Of a DNA stretch of 32,000 bases, positions 9,036 through 15,368 are shown piece after piece (within the stretch, counting starts at the first letter, position 1; every line of letters begins with the position of its first letter). The notes beneath the pieces are model-generated. The model searched no databases, was not told the DNA's origin, and saw nothing but the letters and a program-made list of their open reading frames with translations. The position numbers and the translations under genes were made by a program. Origin of the DNA: Candidatus Saccharimonadota bacterium (GTDB lineage Bacteria > Patescibacteriota > Saccharimonadia > Saccharimonadales > Saccharimonadaceae); NCBI GenBank assembly GCA_039920285.1, contig JBDSDX010000001.1, positions 240,001 to 272,000 on the forward strand. The letters are read 5' to 3'.

Positions 9036-9638
9036 ATGGTAGATCGCGAACCTCGAGCACCAAAACCAAAAGATATTGTTTCACTTGACGAGACGTTATT
9101 CGATGACGCCATTATAGACGCAATAACTCCCGAGTATTCGACTCCAGAACAGACGATGCGAAGTTTGGGTATTACCAAGCCTGAGCCTGTTATTCCTGAG
9201 TTGAAAGAACCAAAACCTGGAGCTTCGGTAGACCTTGAGATGCGATTTTCTGCTGCTAGTACGATTATGAAACACTTTAATCATCAAGCTATATTGGAGA
9301 GTGCAAAGAAAGTTCGTGGTGTCGGCGGTAATAAATTCGATAGCTTTTACAATGGAAAGCATAAAAATCCTGACGCCTGGTTTGAGGGTATGAAGGATAA
9401 AGATGCCATGATGGGTGACCATGCGAAAGAAGCGCTTGATGTACTCAATGCAAGCGATGCTATGTATAAAGCTGGATTTGAGGCAGACGAGATTGCGGCT
9501 GCCCGCCGCATTGTCCAAAGAGAAACGAGTGACTTTTTGCCAGGAGCCTCGAATGGTCCAGCGAGGGCCAAGAAATTGACTGTCTTCGAAAAGACGGCAG
9601 AACGTGCCGCACAAGTAAAAAAAGAAACTTCGGAATAA
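9036..9638 (+). CDS. Hypothetical protein
   Basis: 200-aa ORF with coding-like composition. No domain recognised. Confidence 0.45.
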   Translation: MVDREPRAPKPKDIVSLDETLFDDAIIDAITPEYSTPEQTMRSLGITKPEPVIPELKEPKPGASVDLEMRFSAASTIMKHFNHQAILESAKKVRGVGGNKFDSFYNGKHKNPDAWFEGMKDKDAMMGDHAKEALDVLNASDAMYKAGFEADEIAAARRIVQRETSDFLPGASNGPARAKKLTVFEKTAERAAQVKKETSE

Positions 9639-9660
9639 ACGAAGCTTCTTTATTATCTAT

Positions 9661-9736
9661 TGGTGGGGCTGGATAGAGTTGAACTATCTACCAAGTGGTT
9701 ATGAGCCGCCTGCTCTGACCGATGAGCTACAGCCCC
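9661..9736 (-). tRNA. tRNA with CAU anticodon, probably tRNA-Ile2 (lysidine-modified)
   Basis: The reverse complement GGGGCTGTAGCTCATCGGTCAGAGCAGGCGGCTCATAACCACTTGGTAGATAGTTCAACTCTATCCAGCCCCACCA folds as a cloverleaf (acceptor GGGGCTG/CAGCCCC, T arm GATAG/CTATC). The anticodon arm and variable region resemble E. coli ileX as I recall it. CCA is encoded. Confidence 0.85.
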
Positions 9737-9747
9737 ACGCAGAGGTT

Positions 9748-9780
9748 ATTATAGCCTATTTACCCCTTATGGGCTATAAT
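9748..9780. promoter_or_regulatory. Palindromic pair of divergent -10 boxes (tRNA on the - strand, ftsB-like gene on the + strand)
   Basis: ATTATAGC (9748-9755) and GCTATAAT (9773-9780) form an 8-bp inverted repeat. Each arm reads TATAAT toward its own gene at a sensible distance from tRNA 5' end 9736 and ATG 9798. Confidence 0.45.
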
Positions 9781-9797
9781 GGCGTTAGAAAAGAATC

Positions 9798-10244
9798 ATG
9801 AAAAAAACAAACATTCGAAGACTCATCTACACAGCTCGCAACAGATACCTCACGCTAAATAACGTGGTTATCTTGGTCGCCTTCCTGATTGCCGCTAGTT
9901 GGGTATGGGGATCTTTGGGGATGATGCAACGTAACTACAACCTTCAAAAGGAAGTCGATTACAAAAAACGACAGCTTGAGTTGGTTGAGTTACAAAAAGA
10001 CAATCTCAATCTTCAAAAACGCTATTATCAAACAGCCGAATACCAAGAACTGGCCGTTCGTGAATCATTAGGACTCGTTCGTCCAGGTGAAAAAGTACTG
10101 ATTTTACCTGAAAATAGCCAAGCAGCCAAAGATGCAGATGCAGTAAAAACAGTGGCAGCTGTTCCGATTGAGCAATCGAGTAATCTAGAGCAATGGGTGA
10201 ACTTCCTATTTGGCGGATACAGTAAAAGTATCAACAACAAATAA
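9798..10244 (+). CDS. FtsB/DivIC-like septum formation initiator
   Basis: N-terminal TM, a coiled coil (LQKEVDYKKRQLELVELQKDNLNLQ), then EYQELAVRESLGLVRPGEKVLIL, typical of the family. Confidence 0.6.
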   Translation: MKKTNIRRLIYTARNRYLTLNNVVILVAFLIAASWVWGSLGMMQRNYNLQKEVDYKKRQLELVELQKDNLNLQKRYYQTAEYQELAVRESLGLVRPGEKVLILPENSQAAKDADAVKTVAAVPIEQSSNLEQWVNFLFGGYSKSINNK

Positions 10245-10251
10245 GAGTTGA

Positions 10252-11253
10252 TTAGAGATGAAGGGCTTTGAGAAGCTCAGTGACCGAGTCATTTAAGGTG
10301 AATCGATGCGTCGCTTTAATGCGATCACGAGTGCTTGAAGGACCAAGTGCAATCGCTTCATTGATGCTATTGATAAGGGCTGGCGGATCTCGTTGCTTTA
10401 CGAGTGTCAGGAGTCCACAGTTTGTCTCTGGGAGTCCTCCAAGATTACTGGCAATAACTCGACAACCCGCGTGCTGAGCTTCGATTGAAAGCATACCAAA
10501 CGGTTCTGCAAAAACGGATGGAACGAGGAGAATGTCAGTGTAGGCGAGGAGTTTAGCCATTGAAGAGACTGTTTTCATGGGAGGTAGCAGTTTTGCATAA
10601 GGATAACGGTCGAGCATATGGGCGATAACTTTGCCTTCTTCAACAGCTTGACCAGCCATAACAATACTCACTGTGGCATTGATGGCGCGCATCGCAGGAT
10701 TATGCATCATTTCGAGGATGGTGTAGATTCCCTTTTCAGGGTGAAGCCTTCCGGCGTAGAGGATGCGAATTTTTTTCGTTGTCTTTGAGCGTTTAATGTT
10801 ACCAAATATAGGATCGGCGAAAGGAAGAATGACATTGATGCGACTGTAGGGGATACCAAGGTAGAGTGCCCATTGCTGCGCACTATAAATACTGGTGGCC
10901 ATCACTGTTTTGTTGGCAATATCAGCTTGGCGTGCCGGTTTCTCAGAAACAGGAGGGATGACATTATGAAGTATAATCGCTGCCTTGCGCTTCGTTGGGA
11001 CGTCATAGGCGTGATTGACGAAGACGACGGTGCCAGAAATTTTGCTGATTTCTTCTGGGTCACGGATGCCTAGGAAAGGAACGTCAGGAAAGTCGGCACG
11101 ACTTGCTCTGACTGCAGGCCCCACAATCACCACTTGGGCATCAATGCCACGTCTTAAGAGCTCGCGGACGTGTCCAGCGGTAAATGTTTCAGATCCTCCT
11201 GTACCGGCGAGCATGGGCTCGCGTGAAGGCCACACAAATGAGATCATCATCAC
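10252..11253 (-). CDS. GT4-family glycosyltransferase
   Basis: C-terminal EPFGMLSIEAQHAGCRVIASNLGGLPE is the GT4 (E-X7-E type) motif. On the - strand TATAAT (11269-11274) and AAGGAG lie upstream. Confidence 0.85.
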   Translation of the reverse strand: MMMISFVWPSREPMLAGTGGSETFTAGHVRELLRRGIDAQVVIVGPAVRASRADFPDVPFLGIRDPEEISKISGTVVFVNHAYDVPTKRKAAIILHNVIPPVSEKPARQADIANKTVMATSIYSAQQWALYLGIPYSRINVILPFADPIFGNIKRSKTTKKIRILYAGRLHPEKGIYTILEMMHNPAMRAINATVSIVMAGQAVEEGKVIAHMLDRYPYAKLLPPMKTVSSMAKLLAYTDILLVPSVFAEPFGMLSIEAQHAGCRVIASNLGGLPETNCGLLTLVKQRDPPALINSINEAIALGPSSTRDRIKATHRFTLNDSVTELLKALHL

Positions 11254-11313
11254 TCCTTAGTTACTATAATTATAGCATATTTAGAGTGATTTTTCAATTT
11301 AGAGGAGAGGCTG

Positions 11314-11358
11314 AAACAAAAAAGATTCCGAACAGCTTTCGAAATCTTTCTTGGTTGC
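11314..11358. repeat. Distal att-like direct repeat (copy 1), which also acts as a - strand terminator
   Basis: AAACAAAAAAGATTCCGAACAGCTTTCGAAATCTTTCTTGGTTGC. The hairpin AGATTCCGAA/TTCGAAATCT (11323-11347) is followed on the - strand by TTTTTTGTTT, so it terminates the RT transcript just upstream of the GT4 promoter. Confidence 0.7.
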
Positions 11359-11528
11359 CCAAGTGGAGGCGAATTGGAACCAGATCAGTAGCGAGCTTAT
11401 CCGCTGGGCAGAACTCCTAGGGGCTGAACCATTAGTGAATGCCTCTCCCGCTCGCTATTAGAATGGTGGTGTGACGGCTCAAACCAAAGCACCCCATTCA
11501 AGAGCGGCGGGCATGCATTGCACTAAAC

Positions 11529-13061
11529 CTACTCGTAGAAAGGTGATACCTGTTTGAATAACTGAACTTCGAGTATCGGTATAGTGGTCGGCATCTTTTG
11601 AACGGTTGTTCTGTTGGTGATAGGTATATCAAGTAGGTCTTGCATAACGGTTTCCAACCAAGAAGCATTCCATAAAATATTTCCTGGGTTTGATCTCAGA
11701 CCAATTAATTTCGTGAGCTTCTCGTCGTATGTGATCGTCTTATCTATCTTGTGAGATATACGCTGCAGCCAAACGTCTAGTAAGCCTGAGTTGGGTACAC
11801 GTTCGAACTTTGTGCGTATCTCTTTGACAAGTGCTACTTGTCGTCCCTTCTTGCAGAACTCAAGAAGTTTACTGATAGCAGCCATTGAGATCTGATACGT
11901 GTGTGGGTTTTTGATCGCAAGGTTTACGACGATACTGATCATTACTTCTGGGTCTTCATAGCTGTTTAACTTTTGAATTGTCTGGATTGTTTTCACGAAC
12001 CTATTTAGCTGTCGCTTTACCATACCTGAGTTAGGGTAATGGGTTGAAGCTGTGTAGATCATCAACAACCACTTTGCTTTATTGTTAAGATCTTTTGGAT
12101 TGAACAACTCATATAATTTATCTGGCTTTATAGCAGCCGTGATGGGGTCACTTTGCTGCTTTGTTTTTGATGTGTTGAGCTTCATGCCTAAGCCTGATAG
12201 AACTTGAGACAAGTGTTTGACAATGTCTCTACCAAGTTCAGGGTTGTTGGTGAAAATCTTATAATCGTCACGGAACCTTACTATGTGGTAGTCATCTCGT
12301 TCACCAATAAGTTTTATCAATTCGTTGTCCGCATAGGCAAGTACGAGCTCGGCTATGAAGTCCATCACTGTACTTCCCTGTGGTATGCCGTTCGTCTGCC
12401 CATACCGCATTCGTTGTATATAATGATCCATCAGGTTCCCTAAGTAGCCTGCATCACCGCGGTTGTTCTTCATTACTGGTTTTGTATGCATAGCCCACGC
12501 AATTGAGTGTGTGTAGATAGAGCCATAACAGTCGGCTACATCGACATCAAATACATACTGGTATTTTAAACCAAGCTTTACCGACGTTTGCTCAACATGT
12601 GTCCACCATCGCTTTACTTGCTTTGCTTTATGGGAATCGTCGGTTTGTGTAACGGCTACCTGTGGCATGCTTTCGCAGGCAATCTGGGGGTGCCGCAATT
12701 CAGCAAAGCGTTCACACAAAGAAGTCCAGTTAGCCTCTTCAGTCATCTTGTGTATTAGTGCGACATACAGCACGGGGTTGATGATTTCAAAAGGACGCCA
12801 CGCAAACTCACCATCTTTGTTGCTCAACAGGCTATAGTTTACATTCTCGTAGTTTTCTGGCTTCATCGTGCCAATAGCCTGTCCGTCTGCGTCATGGATT
12901 TGCCTGTAGTAGTCGCGTATGTCTTTGTCCGCTAGCTCTTCAGAGATCTTAGTGAGCATTGGGTCAAAGTTAAAATACGTTGGCAAGTCAAAGTTAACGA
13001 AGTTATCCCCCTCGAGGAAGTAGTTTCGTGCCTCGTCATGGCTTAGCTCTAAAATATCCAT
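11529..13061 (-). CDS. Reverse transcriptase of the UG/Abi (defence-associated, DRT-type) class with a helical C-terminal extension
   Basis: RT motifs in order:
- WRPFEIINPVLY (aa 88-99).
- DVDVADCYGSIYTHSIAW (aa 172-189), the block-A-plus-YTHSIxW signature shared with AbiK.
- NGIPQGSTVMDFIAELVL (aa 224-241).
- Catalytic VRFRDDYKIF (FRDD at nt 12264-12275).
- LGMKLNTSKTK (aa 291-301).

About 200 aa of helical C-terminus follow. There is no group II intron maturase/endonuclease domain and no retron-type motifs. Confidence 0.9.
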   Translation of the reverse strand: MDILELSHDEARNYFLEGDNFVNFDLPTYFNFDPMLTKISEELADKDIRDYYRQIHDADGQAIGTMKPENYENVNYSLLSNKDGEFAWRPFEIINPVLYVALIHKMTEEANWTSLCERFAELRHPQIACESMPQVAVTQTDDSHKAKQVKRWWTHVEQTSVKLGLKYQYVFDVDVADCYGSIYTHSIAWAMHTKPVMKNNRGDAGYLGNLMDHYIQRMRYGQTNGIPQGSTVMDFIAELVLAYADNELIKLIGERDDYHIVRFRDDYKIFTNNPELGRDIVKHLSQVLSGLGMKLNTSKTKQQSDPITAAIKPDKLYELFNPKDLNNKAKWLLMIYTASTHYPNSGMVKRQLNRFVKTIQTIQKLNSYEDPEVMISIVVNLAIKNPHTYQISMAAISKLLEFCKKGRQVALVKEIRTKFERVPNSGLLDVWLQRISHKIDKTITYDEKLTKLIGLRSNPGNILWNASWLETVMQDLLDIPITNRTTVQKMPTTIPILEVQLFKQVSPFYE

Positions 13062-13289
13062 TTGTAGTCATTGTATAGCTATAGTCGTCACATTACTACA
13101 GGGGTTAAGCATGGGTACTAATGCGAAGTTCGCGGCGGATGTATATTGCCTTACCCCTAAATATGAATGGGTTCCCCATGTAGCTAGTAGTAGAAGAAAG
13201 GACAACCCCACTCATCTGTCTTCACGCCCTACGCTAAGTAGTGTGATATTTGTACTCGAATACTGGCTTAGTAATGTCTTAGCTGTGGC

Positions 13290-13305
13290 AATACCAACGT
13301 CCGCG
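13290..13305. repeat. Direct repeat copy B (AATACCAACGTCCGCG)
   Basis: Exact 16-mer, identical to 13410-13425, with an offset of exactly 120 bp. Confidence 0.95.
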
Positions 13306-13370
13306 GAATCTCCGCGGGGGTTGCAAGGACACGAAAAAAATTGCAAAAATTGTAAAACCAAAGGGTTATT

Positions 13371-13383
13371 TTCCGCGGACGTT
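13371..13383. repeat. Inverted copy (TTCCGCGGACGTT) of the repeat core
   Basis: Perfect 13-bp complement of 13296-13308 (AACGTCCGCGGAA) and 10-bp complement of 13416-13425. The two pairings are mutually exclusive. Confidence 0.9.
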
Positions 13384-13403
13384 AAAGGTTATTTAACAGA
13401 TGG

Positions 13404-13432
13404 TTGCGTAATACCAACGTCCGCGATATCAT
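13404..13432 (+). promoter_or_regulatory. Putative promoter of the BRO-N gene (leaderless)
   Basis: TTGCGT (13404-13409), a 17-nt spacer, TATCAT (13427-13432), then ATG 13439 six nt later. Confidence 0.45.
13410..13425. repeat. Direct repeat copy A (AATACCAACGTCCGCG)
   Basis: Exact 16-mer. It fills 16 of the 17 spacer nt of the putative BRO-N gene promoter. Confidence 0.95.
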
Positions 13433-13438
13433 AAGAGT

Positions 13439-14332
13439 ATGAATACATCAGAACCACTACCATCCGAAGGCGAAAGTAAGATTGATCTGTTTCGCCGTGC
13501 TGAAGTTCGCAAGACCCTGCATGGAAACGAATGGTGGTTCTCGGTGAAAGATGTACTTGAGGCTGTCACGGACACAACGGATGGAAATCGATACTCGAGA
13601 GATCTGCGTGCGATGGATCCTGGTCTTAAGGATTCTTGGGCAGAGATAACACTCATCCTTCCCTTTAAAACGGCAACTCGTGGTGTGCAAGACATGACAT
13701 TTATTAACATCGAAGGAGTCTTCAGGCTAATTCAATCAGTTCCTTCTGCTAAAGTTGAGCCATTCAAGCGTTGGCTTGCAAAGGTTGGCTATGAACGACT
13801 GCAAGAAGAACGAGATCCTGGTCTTGCCATTAAGCGAGCCATCACAATTTATCGCTCAAAAGGATATACGGATGAATGGATCGATGCTCGCATCCGCAAC
13901 AAGGCTAGTCGTGAGCTGCTTACTGCTGAGTGGCAGAGTCGTGGGATGGAAGAATACATCGCCTTACTAAGTGACTCGATCTCCGTAAAGACATTTGGGA
14001 TTCGTATCAACGAACACAAACGAATTAAAGGCTTAAAGGGACAGAGCTTGCGCGACAACATGACGCCAATTGAGTTGACTTTAACGACGCTGGGCGAGCA
14101 AACAACGCGAGAAATTACCCGATCAGTGAACGCTAAGTCGTTGCAGCAACACATCAAAGCGGCAGAGCAAGGCGGTGCTATTGCTGGTCAGGCACGAAAG
14201 AATATTGAGTCCGCTATTGGTTCGTCTGTTGTATCTGAGAGAAACTTTTTGACACCACGCCAACGACAGAACAACGCTGGTGTTGGAAGCTTGGACGATG
14301 CGTTAAAAGAGTTTCTAGGGTTTGACGAATGA
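13439..14332 (+). CDS. BRO-N domain protein with a DinD-like C-terminal region (phage antirepressor-like)
   Basis: The N-terminus NEWWFSVKDVLEAVTDT ... INIEGVFRLIQSVPSAKVEPFKRWLAKV fits the BRO-N pattern. C-terminal LRDNMTPIELTLTTLGEQTTREI resembles the DinD C-terminal motif. Confidence 0.75.
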   Translation: MNTSEPLPSEGESKIDLFRRAEVRKTLHGNEWWFSVKDVLEAVTDTTDGNRYSRDLRAMDPGLKDSWAEITLILPFKTATRGVQDMTFINIEGVFRLIQSVPSAKVEPFKRWLAKVGYERLQEERDPGLAIKRAITIYRSKGYTDEWIDARIRNKASRELLTAEWQSRGMEEYIALLSDSISVKTFGIRINEHKRIKGLKGQSLRDNMTPIELTLTTLGEQTTREITRSVNAKSLQQHIKAAEQGGAIAGQARKNIESAIGSSVVSERNFLTPRQRQNNAGVGSLDDALKEFLGFDE

Positions 14333-14393
14333 TGAATGTACGCTTGTGTTTATGCACAGTTTATCCACAGCTCAATAAGTCAAAGGAGATCGT

Positions 14394-15326
14394 ATGACTG
14401 AATTAAAAATTAATGAAAACACACAGAGCATTTTTGAGAACCTGAAGAAAATCTACAACGGAACAGAGTGTTGGGACGCGCGTGAGCTCATGTCCGTTGC
14501 TGGTTATAAGCTGTGGCGTGATTTTAATTCAGCAATTGCACGTGCGATTACTGCGGCAGAATTAAACGGCGAAGATATCGGTCGGCATTTTTTGCGCACA
14601 TCCGCAAAAAATGATTCACCCGCAGCAAAAGGTCGTCCTGGTCTTAACTACTTACTGACACGTACTGCCTGTTACTACATCTTTCAGAACGGTGATTCAT
14701 CTAAACCTGAAATTGCAGGAGCGCAAGCGTACTTCATCCTTCAAACTCGGTTACAGGAAATCTCTAATCAGGATAGAATTGATGCGCGCCGTGTAAACCT
14801 GCACAACAAGGTGCTTGCAAGTGAAGAGAGTCTTACGAAAATCGCAAACATGCATCATGACTTGGAAGACGCTCAGCGTATGCACGACGCGGGTAGTGAG
14901 GGTCTTTACAATCAGACCATTGATAACGTCGAAGCGCTAAAAGGCATCGAGGAAGGTCAGCTATTTAATTACATAGACTCGCCTGAACTTGCTGCACATT
15001 ATTTCCGCATCACTCAAACAGAAGTGCAACTAGAGAACGATGCATATGACGGTCATCGCTATGATCAGGAGGGGCTTGAGTACGTAGCTAAGGGTATTGG
15101 TCAAGATGTAAGAAGTGTAATGCGTAAACGCAATCGTACTGCACCTGAAGAGATGATGGCAGTTGGTGACATTCAACCTATTATGGAACGCCTAAGCGGT
15201 CGTGAGATCGAGTTGATGGAACAAAGCCCATTACCCACACAACCCCCTAAGCCAACCTCCGATCAGCCAGAGAAACCACAAGAGCCTGGACAAATACCTT
15301 TGTTTGATGAGCCGTTTGTTAATTAA
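14394..15326 (+). CDS. DinD-like (DNA-damage-inducible protein D family) protein
   Basis: Three blocks match E. coli DinD as I recall it:
- ECWDARELMSVAGY matches QWSARQLGKLLGY.
- LTRTACYYIFQNGDSSKPEIAGAQAYFILQTRLQE matches [35 protein letters not shown].
- SPELAAHYFRITQTE matches STELAANLFRATQTE. Confidence 0.8.
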   Translation: MTELKINENTQSIFENLKKIYNGTECWDARELMSVAGYKLWRDFNSAIARAITAAELNGEDIGRHFLRTSAKNDSPAAKGRPGLNYLLTRTACYYIFQNGDSSKPEIAGAQAYFILQTRLQEISNQDRIDARRVNLHNKVLASEESLTKIANMHHDLEDAQRMHDAGSEGLYNQTIDNVEALKGIEEGQLFNYIDSPELAAHYFRITQTEVQLENDAYDGHRYDQEGLEYVAKGIGQDVRSVMRKRNRTAPEEMMAVGDIQPIMERLSGREIELMEQSPLPTQPPKPTSDQPEKPQEPGQIPLFDEPFVN

Positions 15327-15368
15327 CCAAGATGCTCACGTACCTCATGTAAGGGGCTTGTAAAGTCC

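Larger units (their letters stand above)
13111..13434 (+). other. 107-codon ORF antisense to the RT upstream region, in phase with the 120-nt repeat unit (probably not a conventional gene)
   Basis: ATG at 13111 is preceded by AGGGG 6 nt upstream. Its last 47 codons are the repeat unit IPTSA...DGCV followed by IPTSAIS*. Composition is not protein-like and no homology is recognised. Confidence 0.25.
13062..13438 (-). ncRNA. Candidate structured template ncRNA upstream of, and co-oriented with, the RT (boundaries and strand not established)
   Basis: This 377-bp gap lies between divergent genes. It contains a 16-bp exact direct repeat, a 13-bp inverted repeat, four CCGCGG/CCGCG palindromic cores, several GGGG/CCCC complementary runs and two palindromic TTGCAA hexamers. 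No convincing conventional protein is encoded. Confidence 0.4.

Noticed and set aside
9096-9614. Long antisense or overlapping ORFs from the six-frame track. Examples are 9096-9614 (-), 20682-21320 (-), 20537-20968 (+), 2515-2760 (-), 6909-7235 (-), 8248-8577 (-), 16681-17001 (+), 17267-17614 (-) and 5464-5802 (-).
   Set aside because: Each lies inside, or opposite, a gene with clear homology or motifs. Each has low-complexity or Arg/Ser/Cys-rich composition typical of off-frame translation and lacks its own expression signals.
11353-11440. A fourth tRNA or a tmRNA 3' domain ending in GGGCAACCA
   Set aside because: An acceptor-like pairing (TGCCCAG/TTGGGCA plus ACCA) exists, but the enclosed 45 nt cannot form D, anticodon and T arms, and the T-loop is not intact. 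A degenerate att arm of the island next to the duplicated tRNA 3' end explains it better.
11529-13061. Group II intron or diversity-generating retroelement
   Set aside because: There are no maturase (X) or endonuclease domains, no intron RNA domain V/VI-like structure flanking the ORF, and no TR/VR repeat pair with adenine-specific differences or nearby target gene.
13062-13438. Retron msr-msd interpretation of the inverted repeats upstream of the RT
   Set aside because: The RT has the UG/Abi signature (YTHSIxW block, long helical C-terminus, 510 aa), not the compact retron-type RT. The strongest feature is a direct repeat, not a single a1/a2 inverted pair flanking an msd hairpin.
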